From positions 4,710 through 68,709 of the IMG/VR virus record IMGVR_UViG_3300008262_000045: a DNA stretch of 64,000 bases; one strand, written 5' to 3'. This document shows, piece by piece, positions 32,046-42,269 of this stretch; position 1 is the first letter of the stretch, and every line of letters begins with the position of its first letter. The position numbers and the translations under genes were made by a program. The DNA comes from a virus. The notes under the pieces were generated by a model, which worked only from the letters and a program-made list of their open reading frames with translations, was not told where the DNA came from and did not search any database.

Positions 32046-33449
32046 ATGATAACATTCCCTACAAACCCCACAACTAATGATATTTATCCGCCATTAAACT
32101 TGCCTGCAATCAATGGCCGGCGCTGGAAATTTAATGGAACCGCATGGGACGCTGTTCCGATCCCTCCGGCATGGGATGAATTAACTGGCAAACCGACTGA
32201 ATTTCCGCCAGAAAGCCACAACCACGCGATTAGCGAGATTACCAATCTCACAACCACACTTGCGGGACTACAACCGGCGGGAAGTTATGCTACGCTTGAC
32301 GGCGGAGGCAAAGTTCCATCTTCACAACTCCCCTCATTTGTTGATGATGTTTTGGAATATGCCAATTTGGCATCTTTCCCAGCTACGGGGGAATCTGCAA
32401 AAATCTATGTTGATCTTGCAACTGGAAAAACATATCGTTGGGGTGGATCAGTATATGTGGAAATTTCCGCATCTCCGGGGACAACAGATGATGTTCCAGA
32501 AGGAAGCGCAAATCTTTATTATAAAACATCCAGAGCTTCGGCTGATGCGCCAGTTCAATCTGTCGCCGGAAAAGTGGGAGCAGTAACATTATCTCCTACT
32601 GATATTGTTGGACTTGATACGGCTCTTGATGGAGCCGGCGCAATGAGCGCGAATTTTACAGTCAAGGCCGTAAGCCAAGGCGCATATAATGATGGAAGCG
32701 TTATTCCATCAGGAACGACGCTTGAAGCAGTTATTAAAAATATGCTTCAACTTCGCGTCCCATACACTTATGCACAGCCAACGCTGTCCTTGACTACATC
32801 CGCAACAACAAACCCTGAAATTGGCACTAATGTTTCGGCAACGCTTGTTTCCACTTGGAGTAAAGGCGACGCGGGAACCGCGACTGAATTTCGTGTTGAA
32901 ATGGATGGGACTGTTGTTCAAACAACAAGCGGCAGTTCTCCAGCAAACTATTCTGCCAGCTTCCAACTTCTCACAAACACTTCATTTACAGCAGAGGCAG
33001 ATTATGGGCAAGGAAACCAAGGCTACGACAACCTCGGCGATGCAAGCGGAACTCCAATATCAGCCGGGACAAAGACAAGCACAACGCTTACTTTCACTCC
33101 TCGCCGGGCTTCATTCTATGGAGCAGACACAGGCACAAGCGCGGCAGCAACCTCCGCGAATGTGCGCTCTATTGCAAATTCAGTCCTTGGACACACTAAC
33201 GGCTCAACATTTACGCTGAATATTCCAGCCGGCTCAACGCGAGTTACGATCGCTTATCCAGCTTCATTGCGAACTTTGAACAGCGTGAAATATGTTGAAG
33301 TCGGCAACTCCGAGGTGAAAGACACCTTTTCGGAGACTTCCGTTAGTGTTGAGGGAGCTAATGGCGCGTCCGCTACTAGCTACCGCGTTTACACCTACCG
33401 CCCGAGCATTCCGTTCGGCTCCGCAGCTACCTACACTGTCACAATCTAA
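32046..33449 (+). CDS. Tail-fibre-related protein
   Basis: FPTNP...WKFNG N-terminus, HNHAISEI fibre repeat, QLPSFVDDVLEY module, VQSVAGKVGAV, Ser/Thr-rich beta C-terminus. Confidence 0.75.
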   Translation: MITFPTNPTTNDIYPPLNLPAINGRRWKFNGTAWDAVPIPPAWDELTGKPTEFPPESHNHAISEITNLTTTLAGLQPAGSYATLDGGGKVPSSQLPSFVDDVLEYANLASFPATGESAKIYVDLATGKTYRWGGSVYVEISASPGTTDDVPEGSANLYYKTSRASADAPVQSVAGKVGAVTLSPTDIVGLDTALDGAGAMSANFTVKAVSQGAYNDGSVIPSGTTLEAVIKNMLQLRVPYTYAQPTLSLTTSATTNPEIGTNVSATLVSTWSKGDAGTATEFRVEMDGTVVQTTSGSSPANYSASFQLLTNTSFTAEADYGQGNQGYDNLGDASGTPISAGTKTSTTLTFTPRRASFYGADTGTSAAATSANVRSIANSVLGHTNGSTFTLNIPAGSTRVTIAYPASLRTLNSVKYVEVGNSEVKDTFSETSVSVEGANGASATSYRVYTYRPSIPFGSAATYTVTI

Positions 33450-33467
33450 TAACTGAAAATATAAATT

Positions 33468-34121
33468 ATGGCTACACCTATTTCACTTCCAAAAGGCTAT
33501 CAACGCCTCGGCGACTTTCCGCTAGACGCTTCTAGCATTTTCGATAATTTTTCGGCACTGCAAACATACGCCGCCTCGAATGGCACGGCGTATGCGGGCC
33601 AAGTCTGCGCGGTCAAAGATACCGGGCTTCTTTATATTATTCGCACCGATAAAAGCCTGAGCCAAGTTGGAGCTACCCCCGGCGTGGCAGATGTCACGGG
33701 GCTTTCTACTGCTCTTGCAGGAAAGGCAGACCTCATTAGTGGGAAAATTCCTGCAGAACAACTTCCTTCGTATGTAGACGATGTTGTTGAGTATGCAAAC
33801 CTAGCCGCATTCCCAGCTACAGGCGAAACAGGCAAAATCTATATCGCGCTGAATACTCTTAAAACTTACCGATGGGGCGGTAGCGTTTATGCTGAAATTT
33901 CGTCAAGTGAAGTCACAAGCGTTGCGGGTCATGTCGGGGCTGTCACCCTTGATGTTAATGACATAACAGGGCTTCAAGACGATTTGGATGCCAAGCAAGT
34001 AAAAAATGTTTTTAGCGATACCGCCCCGCTTGCGCCAGAGGACGGCCAGCGGTGGGTAAATACAACGACAATGACAGCATACGAGTATTATAGCGACGCA
34101 TGGGTTGAAATCCCTGATTGA
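33468..34121 (+). CDS. Modular tail-fibre-related protein
   Basis: Shares PKGYQRL..AYAGQV, QLPSYVDDV and AWVEI modules with neighbours. Confidence 0.75.
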   Translation: MATPISLPKGYQRLGDFPLDASSIFDNFSALQTYAASNGTAYAGQVCAVKDTGLLYIIRTDKSLSQVGATPGVADVTGLSTALAGKADLISGKIPAEQLPSYVDDVVEYANLAAFPATGETGKIYIALNTLKTYRWGGSVYAEISSSEVTSVAGHVGAVTLDVNDITGLQDDLDAKQVKNVFSDTAPLAPEDGQRWVNTTTMTAYEYYSDAWVEIPD

Positions 34122-34135
34122 TTTAGTAAAAAATC

Positions 34136-35518
34136 ATGCCTGCGCCTTCGCCAATTTCGGTTCCGAAAGGCTACCAGCGCCTCGATGCGTTTGCTCTTGA
34201 TGCGACTAGCACTTTCGCAACTCTTGCCGAGTTGCAATCCTACGCGGCATCGAACGGCACGGCATATGCAGGGCAGGTATGCTCTGTAAGCGGAACTGGG
34301 AAAGTTTATGTCCTCCAAAGTGATAAGTCGCTTTTAGAGCTTTCGTCGGGCGGAGGTGGGGGCGGGGGCTCCATCACCGTTAGCAAAGTTCTGACAAACG
34401 GAACCTATACTGGAGCTATTACTAATGTAACTGGTTTGCGGTTTGACGACGATTCCGGGTTTGATGTTGTAGACCTTGGCAACGGCAATGCCAAGGTTCA
34501 AATGAACTCTACCTTTAAGTATTGGGAGGTAAACGGTCAGCCCGGACTCACTGCTCAAGGATTGGATACAGCCAATTTTATTGCAGGTTCCGGCGTCACC
34601 ATTGCCGCTGATTCTGTAAATAACTCGCTGACATTTTCTTCTACGGGGGGAGTTTCCGATGGAGACAAGGGCGATGTTACGGTATCAGGGTCCGGGGCAA
34701 CTTGGACAATAGACAATGGGGCGGTTACATATGCTAAAATGCAGAATGTTTCTGCAACAGATCGGCTCTTAGGAAGATCGACGGCAGGGGCGGGAACGGT
34801 AGAAGAAATTGTTTGCACCAGCGCAGGCCGAGCTATTTTAGATGATGCTGACGCTACCGCGCAAAGGGCCACTCTCGGCCTCGGCGATGCGGCTACAAAG
34901 AATGTAGGCACAGCGTCATTCCAAGTCTCTGCGGGTAATCATGTGCACCAAATCGCAGATATTCCTAGTTTACAGGCGGCAATAGACGCAAAGGCTGCAA
35001 CAGCTCATAGCCACTCTATCGCCTCGATAACCGGTTTAGCGACAACACTCACTCAAAAGGCAGATGTGGGGCATACGCACACAATGTCTCAGATAACAGA
35101 CTTAACTTTTCCAACCGCGTCTGTTTATTATGGGGATACTGCACCAACAGATTCCACATATAATCTTTGGATTCAGACGAGCACGGCTCGAATTTTCAAC
35201 AAAATTGATGGGTATTGGGTCGAGGCGGCAGCGGGATTTGGGCCTTTGGTAATCGAAGGAACAGGAGGAGGCACAGGAGGGGGAGGCACAGGAGGGGGCG
35301 CAGTAGATAGTGTCAATGGATTAACTGGAGTTGTAACGCTAACGCCATCGTTGTTAGGGGCAGCCAATGCAACGCACAATCACGCAATCTCAGATGTAAC
35401 AAACTTGCAGACCAGCTTAAATTCCAAGGTCACAAATAGTGGGGGCGTGTCGAGCATCGCAAAAGTATCTGTCCTTCCTCTTGTTCTAGACCCAAACACT
35501 CTCTATATCGTTGTTTGA
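34136..35518 (+). CDS. Tail fibre protein
   Basis: HxH fibre repeats (HVHQIADI, HSHSIASI, HTHTMSQI, HNHAISDV), DGDKGDVTVS, VDSVNGLTG, C-terminal DPNTLYIV. Confidence 0.8.
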   Translation: MPAPSPISVPKGYQRLDAFALDATSTFATLAELQSYAASNGTAYAGQVCSVSGTGKVYVLQSDKSLLELSSGGGGGGGSITVSKVLTNGTYTGAITNVTGLRFDDDSGFDVVDLGNGNAKVQMNSTFKYWEVNGQPGLTAQGLDTANFIAGSGVTIAADSVNNSLTFSSTGGVSDGDKGDVTVSGSGATWTIDNGAVTYAKMQNVSATDRLLGRSTAGAGTVEEIVCTSAGRAILDDADATAQRATLGLGDAATKNVGTASFQVSAGNHVHQIADIPSLQAAIDAKAATAHSHSIASITGLATTLTQKADVGHTHTMSQITDLTFPTASVYYGDTAPTDSTYNLWIQTSTARIFNKIDGYWVEAAAGFGPLVIEGTGGGTGGGGTGGGAVDSVNGLTGVVTLTPSLLGAANATHNHAISDVTNLQTSLNSKVTNSGGVSSIAKVSVLPLVLDPNTLYIVV

Positions 35519-35521
35519 TAT

Positions 35522-37480
35522 ATGTCTAATATCTCTCTAGCTTCAAATGTCTATCTTGGCGGGGGCGCTAGTCAGGTTTTCTCTGGAAACAATAGGCTTT
35601 GGAGAAAATATACAGTTGTTAAAGATTTTTGGCCAGGTGATTATGAATATTCAAGTTACACTTGGCTTTCGTATATTGGTCTTGATGGGATTTGCAGAAT
35701 AGGATCGTCTAGCAATAATAATTATGGGCAAGCGACGGTTCCGGCTGCTTATCAGGGAGCAGGAGCTGTTCGTAAGTGCATATCAACCATAGATGTAGCT
35801 TGTGTCATAGGGCCAAATAATGTCTGTCAATTTTTTGGAAGAAACGATGTCGCAAACTACGGAGCAATCCGCAGATTTCCGGCATCTTTGGTGGGCTCTC
35901 CAACAATAAAAGATGTTGCTTTAGTCCATCCAAACTTTGCCGCAGCTCTAAGAACAAATAACTCTGTTATAGCTTGGGGGAGACTAAAAACGGAATCAGG
36001 GTGGGCTGCAGACTACGACGCCATTAACAACGACCCAAGACTAACTTCAGGGGTTGTAAAAATACAGTGGTGTGGAAATGGGGGGACATTTGTAGCATTA
36101 AAATCGGATGGTTCAGTTGTTATTATTCCCGGGAATCCAACTGGTGATTCATGGGCCGGGAATGCTTTCCTTACAGCAAATCTCACAGGTATCAGAGACA
36201 TAATTGGCGGCAAGCAGGTAGGTTGTTTTGCCACGATAGATAATCAAGACATATTAACTATTTATCGAGCAGATTCCATTGATCCTAGAGGGATTATTAC
36301 CCAATGCCCCACAGAATTTTTAAGCACAGGCAGCACACTACACAGTCTAGATATGGGTTACGGCGCGGCCATCGCGTTGAGGAAAGATGGTTCGGTTGTG
36401 ACATGGGGCAATCAAAGCCGCGCACTAGAACGAGGGGTAGCGATAGACCCCCAACCTGAGGAGCTTATGTATCCACGACCGGGGGGAGCTACAGGAATGA
36501 AAATTTCCCTTTTTGCTCACTCCCACCCCTATCCGACAGGCAGAGCAGTATTTTATGTCGGGCTTCCAGATGGTTTAGGGAATTACCGGATGACTTATTG
36601 GAATTTTGACATTAGAGTTAGCAACATTACTCCAATATTGTTTTCTCCTGATTATACGGCGAAATTCACTCCATACGATATAAATACTGGTTATTGGGTT
36701 CGCAACGATGTTGGCGTCTCCAGAGACGCACCTATGAATGTATCCGCAGTAACAGATGTAAAATTTTCAACCTATGCGAAGCGGTTTGTTTGCACGACTG
36801 TCGGCAGGGGGCCTCGCGGCAGCGGTCTGTCAACGATAAACGGGTGGTATAATTATCTTGATTACGACAACTCTAATCAGTTCCTTACTACACAGTTTAA
36901 TGGGGTAGAGTCTAATATCCAACTTCGTGAATCGGGGTCTAGTTTTGTGGCAGAAAGTCTTGTATTTATGGCGAAGAAAAGAGCAGTAGACACCATTAAC
37001 TCTGTTTGGATTCAAGATTCTGGTGGTAGCGGTCGGGCGATATTTAACACCCCGAACAATGTTTTGTTTGTGGATTGTGGGATAAAGACTTCCGATAACT
37101 CAGCACACAGAATTACTATCTCAAATATCTGGCCGACCCGCGATAATACTACTGCCCACATTTTCATAATAACCTTAACCCCCAATCCCGCACAGGGACA
37201 GCCGAGTATAGCCATATGGAGAGACGGGACTTTAATAGGTAGCTTAAATTTGACAGCCCCGGTTACTGCTACAGTAGGAAACACAACAGTTCTTGGTAAC
37301 AATGCCGGTGGAGCAAATTCATTTCTTGCTGAGCTTGCTGAATTTATATCTTTTGGGTATATTTTATCTTCAACAGACAGACAAAAAATCGAGGGGTATC
37401 TGGCGTGGAAATATGCCACAGACTCACAACTGCCAGAGGATCACCCATACAAACTAGGAGCTCCATTAAGGGTTCAATAA
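35522..37480 (+). CDS. Putative receptor-binding protein (RCC1-like repeats plus LamG-like C-terminus)
   Basis: ALRTNNSVIAWG, ALKSDGSV, ALRKDGSVVTWG repeats; C-terminal LSSTDRQKIEGYLAWKY..LPEDHPYK. Confidence 0.7.
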   Translation: MSNISLASNVYLGGGASQVFSGNNRLWRKYTVVKDFWPGDYEYSSYTWLSYIGLDGICRIGSSSNNNYGQATVPAAYQGAGAVRKCISTIDVACVIGPNNVCQFFGRNDVANYGAIRRFPASLVGSPTIKDVALVHPNFAAALRTNNSVIAWGRLKTESGWAADYDAINNDPRLTSGVVKIQWCGNGGTFVALKSDGSVVIIPGNPTGDSWAGNAFLTANLTGIRDIIGGKQVGCFATIDNQDILTIYRADSIDPRGIITQCPTEFLSTGSTLHSLDMGYGAAIALRKDGSVVTWGNQSRALERGVAIDPQPEELMYPRPGGATGMKISLFAHSHPYPTGRAVFYVGLPDGLGNYRMTYWNFDIRVSNITPILFSPDYTAKFTPYDINTGYWVRNDVGVSRDAPMNVSAVTDVKFSTYAKRFVCTTVGRGPRGSGLSTINGWYNYLDYDNSNQFLTTQFNGVESNIQLRESGSSFVAESLVFMAKKRAVDTINSVWIQDSGGSGRAIFNTPNNVLFVDCGIKTSDNSAHRITISNIWPTRDNTTAHIFIITLTPNPAQGQPSIAIWRDGTLIGSLNLTAPVTATVGNTTVLGNNAGGANSFLAELAEFISFGYILSSTDRQKIEGYLAWKYATDSQLPEDHPYKLGAPLRVQ

Positions 37481-37486
37481 AATACT

Positions 37487-37789
37487 ATGCCTATAGATTT
37501 TCCAAATTCACCAAGCGACGGATACATATACCCGCCAGAGAGCCAACCCTCACTAGAAGGACGCCGCTGGAAATGGGATGCCGCAGGCGGCGTGTGGCTA
37601 AACTTCGCTGCCTCTCAACCCTACACGCTGCAAATCTACAATGTGGTTAATTTACAACCTTCACTAGATAAAAAAATCGAAAAGCGGTCTAACGATACGA
37701 CCCCCGTAAATGCTATTCGGTGCCTTACCCAAGCGGAATATGACGGTGAAACAAAAGACCCGAACACCATTTATTTCATAAAACAATAA
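37487..37789 (+). CDS. Short fibre adapter protein
   Basis: IDFPNSP...RRWKW N-terminus like the 32046 gene; C-terminal LTQAEYD..KDPNTIYFI. Confidence 0.7.
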   Translation: MPIDFPNSPSDGYIYPPESQPSLEGRRWKWDAAGGVWLNFAASQPYTLQIYNVVNLQPSLDKKIEKRSNDTTPVNAIRCLTQAEYDGETKDPNTIYFIKQ

Positions 37790-37790
37790 T

Positions 37791-39545
37791 ATGCCTACTG
37801 TTGTAAAAGCCTATTTAGGCACAACCCCGCTCTTTACAGGAGACGCAGGAGCCATCGCCGAGTGGGTTCGCCCCGCCGATTGGATTTCGTTACCTTCTGC
37901 TCAAGCTAACTCTGTTAAGATTCTGCACGCTGTTTTTGATCAAGCTGAAAACTATGTGGTGATAAAAATGCAGACCTCCGATGGCTCCGCATACACTATA
38001 AATTGGGGAGATGGGAATACGACAACAGCCTTAAGCAATACAAATACCACCTATAATTACAGCTACAGCAATGCTGCCTTGGACGGAACTTTATCTTCCC
38101 GAGGATATAAGCAGGCGATAATTACAATAACCCCATCGGGGGCAGCGACATTTTCATTATGCGACCTATCCCAAAAAATAAGCAGCCCGGCTGGAATGCA
38201 AATGTACGCCACTGGGCTACTCGATGTTAATATAAACCTGCCTAACTTAACAACAGGACAAAGATTGCTTATCGGTTCGTCGACTGTTCGTCATGCCTAT
38301 CTCGAAAGAGTCTATATCGTCTCTTGGGGGCTTATCAGTAATGTATCCGCCTTGTTCCAATACTGTACCGCGCTTCAATCGCTAAACGAAGCAGAGTGGA
38401 ACATGGCGAACATAACAAATGCTGCAAGCCTGTTTTTTTCGTGCAGTGGTATAAAGGTAATCAATGGGTCGAACTGGAACATGGCCAAAGTAACAGCTAT
38501 CACAGATATGTTTAGGGATTGCCAAACGATCCAAAAAATAAACTGCGCGAATTGGAACTTAGGGGCTTGCACCTCTTTTTCTTCTACATTTCAAGGTTGT
38601 GTAGCTCTGACTGAAATTGATGTCGGTAACTGGAACACAGCAAATGTTACTACTTTTTCATTCGCCTTCCACTCCTGCCGTTCTCTTGTAAGATTAAATG
38701 TTAGAAACTGGAATACTGCGAAAGTAACCACAATGGCAAATATGTTTGAGTCTTGCTTTGGTTTGCAAGAAGTTGATATGTCGCTATGGAACCTACCTCT
38801 ATGCACAACGGCATCAGCGGCATTCGCAAACTGCCACTCATTAAGAAAACTCGGGCCGTGCAATTTTAATAGTTTAACAACTCTCGGGACTGTATTTAGC
38901 ACCTGTCGCTCTATGACATCGTGCGCCGTGACAAACCTAAGGGCAACGGTGGATTTTTCAAATTGCCGATTAAGCACCACGGCCTTGCTTCAAGTTTTTA
39001 CAAATTTAACAGCGGGATCGACATCAAGAACTATAACTATTACTGGAAACTACGGCGCGGATACTGCGATCAGTAAGACTACTTGCGGGACCACGGCGGG
39101 TTCAAAAACTGTAACCCAGTTAAATACTTCGAGCTTGGCGGTTGGAATGAGAGTTCTTGGAACTGGAGTGAATACTGCTGTGGCAGTTACTTTTCAAGAC
39201 GCTGGCGATACTGTTACACGGGCAGGCCATGGGTTAGCTGATGGCACTATAGTTTCTTTTACAAGCATAACTAGCACAACGGGAGTAGTTGCCTTTACAC
39301 CATACTATGTAATTAACGCCACAACTGACACATTCCAGTTGTCCGCAACTTCTGGAGGGGCGGCTATTGCGTTAACCACAAACGGCAGTGGGAATATGCT
39401 TTATCCGGCATATATCACAGAAATTACCGCAAACACTTCCTTCCAAATAAGCGCCCCAGCGTCGGCCACTGGAAGTGTGACGCTCACAGCGCGAATTTTA
39501 GACACCTACCCCGCGATTGCGAAAGGCTGGACTGTAACTGGATAA
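37791..39545 (+). CDS. Putative receptor-binding protein with DUF285/BspA-like leucine-rich repeats
   Basis: About 25-aa repeats WNMANITNAASLF, WNMAKVTAITDMF, WNTANVTTFSFAF, WNTAKVTTMANMF; ends AIAKGWTVTG. Confidence 0.75.
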   Translation: MPTVVKAYLGTTPLFTGDAGAIAEWVRPADWISLPSAQANSVKILHAVFDQAENYVVIKMQTSDGSAYTINWGDGNTTTALSNTNTTYNYSYSNAALDGTLSSRGYKQAIITITPSGAATFSLCDLSQKISSPAGMQMYATGLLDVNINLPNLTTGQRLLIGSSTVRHAYLERVYIVSWGLISNVSALFQYCTALQSLNEAEWNMANITNAASLFFSCSGIKVINGSNWNMAKVTAITDMFRDCQTIQKINCANWNLGACTSFSSTFQGCVALTEIDVGNWNTANVTTFSFAFHSCRSLVRLNVRNWNTAKVTTMANMFESCFGLQEVDMSLWNLPLCTTASAAFANCHSLRKLGPCNFNSLTTLGTVFSTCRSMTSCAVTNLRATVDFSNCRLSTTALLQVFTNLTAGSTSRTITITGNYGADTAISKTTCGTTAGSKTVTQLNTSSLAVGMRVLGTGVNTAVAVTFQDAGDTVTRAGHGLADGTIVSFTSITSTTGVVAFTPYYVINATTDTFQLSATSGGAAIALTTNGSGNMLYPAYITEITANTSFQISAPASATGSVTLTARILDTYPAIAKGWTVTG

Positions 39546-39549
39546 CTTT

Positions 39550-39726
39550 ATGGACGACACTTCAGGATTCTACAAACTAGACGAAGGCCAGCTATTATAC
39601 GGGCCTAATTTCGTGAGTAACGCAAATTTTGAACTCCTTCGTGAGATCAAGGATGAATACACCTACCCTGTTGACGGGTGGCATTGGTTTGATAGCGAGT
39701 CTGAAGCAAAGAAAGCATTACTATGA
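39550..39726 (+). CDS. Small fibre-associated protein (58 aa, absent from the ORF track)
   Basis: Manual translation MDDTSGFYKLDEGQLLYGPNFV...YTYPVDGWHWFDSESEAKKALL; fills the gap and overlaps the next start (ATGA). Confidence 0.75.
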   Translation: MDDTSGFYKLDEGQLLYGPNFVSNANFELLREIKDEYTYPVDGWHWFDSESEAKKALL

Positions 39727-39995
39727 GCAACGAAATGGTCAGAAATCAACGAGGCGTGAAACTATCTTACGGAGAAGCGTTTTCATTTATAGCAGTTTTA
39801 ATCGCGGGCTTTTCCGCATTCAGCGGGTGGGTTGTCCTGCCTGAAAAAGTTATCCACTTGCAAAAGGAAAACGACCGCCAAGATATGCGGTTGGGCGTAA
39901 TCGAAAGCGTTGCCGCCGAGCGAGCCGAGACTTTAGTGAGAATTGACGAAAGAACTAAAAGGATCGAGGAAGCTCTGAAAAAACTCAACCCATGA
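39723..39995 (+). CDS. Single-TM plus coiled-coil protein (lysis module)
   Basis: TM segment AFSFIAVLIAGFSAFSGWVVL followed by a coiled coil. Confidence 0.6.
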   Translation: MSNEMVRNQRGVKLSYGEAFSFIAVLIAGFSAFSGWVVLPEKVIHLQKENDRQDMRLGVIESVAAERAETLVRIDERTKRIEEALKKLNP

Positions 39996-40213
39996 GAACT
40001 ACCAATTTACTACTAATTGCTACCATTTTGGTAGTTGGCGGGTGCGTATCCGTACCTATCCCCCCTTTTGGAGATCAGATTGGCGAGATGGGAACTCTTA
40101 AAGTTTCCCTAAAAGTTGACTATCTACCAAAACAAAACCAACAAATCTCAAGCCCTGCCCTGGATCATGCTTGGGATCAACTCATCAAATCCAGAACAAT
40201 AAAAGACAAATGA
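39992..40213 (+). CDS. Lipoprotein, possibly spanin-like
   Basis: Signal peptide with lipobox-like LVVGGC. Confidence 0.55.
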   Translation: MRTTNLLLIATILVVGGCVSVPIPPFGDQIGEMGTLKVSLKVDYLPKQNQQISSPALDHAWDQLIKSRTIKDK

Positions 40214-40386
40214 AAAACATACTAAACATTGTAGTGGAACGCTTAAAAGAGAATAGCACATGGCGCGGTTTAATTTTGGTAGCGACAGCTTTGGGCGTGA
40301 AGCTCGATCCGGCGCTCCAAGAGCAAATCATCGTGGCGGGCCTCTCGCTGGTCGGGCTGATCAATATTGTCCGCAAAGGGAAATAA
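40210..40386 (+). CDS. Putative holin
   Basis: 58 aa; RLKENSTWRG, two TM helices, basic tail; directly upstream of the endolysin. Confidence 0.7.
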   Translation: MKNILNIVVERLKENSTWRGLILVATALGVKLDPALQEQIIVAGLSLVGLINIVRKGK

Positions 40387-40968
40387 ATGGCTCCCGAACA
40401 AATCCAGAGAATGCAACGCAAAATCGGCGTTGTACCTGATGGGTTTTGGGGGCCACGGAGTCAGGCGCGTTGCCGCGAGTATTTGCGACAAATGATGCCG
40501 ACTCCGAACCCCTGGCCTTATTCGACACAAGAAGCCCTGCGCGAATTTTATGGAGAACCGGGAGACGAATCGAATCTTGTTGTAGTTGAATTTCCATACC
40601 CAATGTTTTACGATGGCAAGCGGGTATTAAAATCTCGGTGTCATTTCAAAGTAGCAGCATCGCTAAAGCGGATTCTAACTCAAATCGGGAATCTTTACGC
40701 TAACGATAGAGAAATCCTAGAGGAAGCCGAGGACTACGGCGGCATTTTTAATTTCCGGCATAAGCGCGGCGGCACGAGCTACTCGGTTCACTCCTGGGGC
40801 GCGGCCATCGACCTCGATGCTGATGACAATACCTTCCGCGACACTTGGCCGATCAAAGCGGATATGCCGCTGGAAATCTGCGAAGCCTTTGCAAAGGAAG
40901 GCTGGACGAGCGCCGGGCCGTTTTGGGGATTCGATGGAATGCACCATGAGGCTTGCAAACCAAGATAG
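40387..40968 (+). CDS. Endolysin, M15-family metallopeptidase with N-terminal PG-binding motif
   Basis: DGFWGP; R...SVHSWGAAID (SxHxxGxAxD); DGMHHE. Confidence 0.85.
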   Translation: MAPEQIQRMQRKIGVVPDGFWGPRSQARCREYLRQMMPTPNPWPYSTQEALREFYGEPGDESNLVVVEFPYPMFYDGKRVLKSRCHFKVAASLKRILTQIGNLYANDREILEEAEDYGGIFNFRHKRGGTSYSVHSWGAAIDLDADDNTFRDTWPIKADMPLEICEAFAKEGWTSAGPFWGFDGMHHEACKPR

Positions 40969-41036
40969 CATTTTGCGTTTTCTGTATCTGCCGAAACGAT
41001 TGACAAATAAGCAGGAAGCATATTAAATCCGACTCG

Positions 41037-42173
41037 ATGAACACTATGGAATCACTCGCCGAAGTTGACACCAATACCCTCGAAGCCGCGTTGGAAGCCG
41101 CAATCTCTGGCATTCCTGCATCAGATGAACCCCCCACACAAGAAAATGAGCCTATTGTTAATGACGAGCAGGCTGATAACGAAGTTGTTGTAGAAAATGA
41201 GCAGCCGGAATATGTCGAATCTGAGGATACCGAATCCGAAGTAGAGGCCGAAGTAGAGGCCGAAGCAGAGGAATCACAGGAAGCGGATACAGGGTTTGAA
41301 TCAGAAGTCGAAGTGATTCACGGGCATTGGGCAGAGGATGAAAAACTAGCGGCGCAAATCCGCGATAATAATCCTGACATCCCACTTGATACCGCCCTCG
41401 CGCTTGCCAGGGCGCGGCTCGGCTACAACAACAGCGCCGACGAGCTTCCCGAGCCTGAATCCCAAGAGCCAACGCGAGCCGAAATGATTCTTGCGCTTGA
41501 GCAAAAAATGGACGAGGCCGGCGCAAATGAAGGGCTGTTCACGCCTGAAATTGCAGAAATGCTTAAACAGCATACGCGCTTGGTTGGAGAACAGGCAATG
41601 GAAGAAGCGGTTAATAAAGTTGAAAGCGAAAACGCCCGCCGCCGCGAACAAGAGATTGTAGAAAAAGAGACAATCCGACTTATACACCAGATGGAGGAAA
41701 GTAAGCAGAGAGTCTATGCCATTTGTCCAGAAGCGGAGGATAGAAATTCCAAAATCGGAAAAGCCATCGAACAAGTAATTATACGATGGAATGAAAAAAA
41801 TAATCCTGATGCGAATGAGCCGAATGCGCCTGAACTTGCATTCCAAGCCGCACAACTACTTTTGCCACCCGAGAGCCGAGTGTCCGCTGTTCCTCGCGAA
41901 CAGCCTAAACACGCCCAGCCGGCCTCGATAACAAAACAAGCTCAAGTCCAAAAGACGAGCGAAGCCACAGCCGCGATCCCGATTGCCCCTCCCGTTCCAA
42001 CGGTGCGGGCGTTGCCGGTATCAGCTATGGCCCGGACCGCACAACCCGAATCTATTAACCTCAACCCGTCCCAAGTGGGACAACTGGTTAAAGATGCGTC
42101 AAAAGACGATCTTGCCGCGATTGAGGAAGCTATCTATGGCGTTTCGGGACGCGATGTCCTGCTTCGCATCTGA
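41037..42173 (+). CDS. Capsid scaffolding protein (putative)
   Basis: Very acidic N-terminus, coiled coil, immediately upstream of the major capsid gene. Confidence 0.7.
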   Translation: MNTMESLAEVDTNTLEAALEAAISGIPASDEPPTQENEPIVNDEQADNEVVVENEQPEYVESEDTESEVEAEVEAEAEESQEADTGFESEVEVIHGHWAEDEKLAAQIRDNNPDIPLDTALALARARLGYNNSADELPEPESQEPTRAEMILALEQKMDEAGANEGLFTPEIAEMLKQHTRLVGEQAMEEAVNKVESENARRREQEIVEKETIRLIHQMEESKQRVYAICPEAEDRNSKIGKAIEQVIIRWNEKNNPDANEPNAPELAFQAAQLLLPPESRVSAVPREQPKHAQPASITKQAQVQKTSEATAAIPIAPPVPTVRALPVSAMARTAQPESINLNPSQVGQLVKDASKDDLAAIEEAIYGVSGRDVLLRI

Positions 42174-42232
42174 TTACTCTCGCGTCGATTTCGTGACGCT
42201 CTAGGCCAGTTTTTTAACACAAACTAAAACCC

Positions 42233-42253
42233 ATTGCCGAGACAATCGGCAAT
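42233..42253 (+). promoter_or_regulatory. Perfect copy of the genome-wide 17-bp motif, upstream of the capsid gene
   Basis: ATTGCCGA-GACAA-TCGGCAAT; nine related copies elsewhere (see findings). Confidence 0.75.
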
Positions 42254-42269
42254 TTAGAAAACAAAAATT

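Noticed and set aside
32824-32840. Minus-strand copy of the 17-bp motif (TGCCGAAACATTAGTGC)
   Set aside because: Right arm does not match and it lies mid-CDS; probably chance
35522-39545. Diversity-generating retroelement acting on the fibre genes
   Set aside because: No reverse transcriptase and no TR/VR pair with adenine-specific mismatches seen in the window
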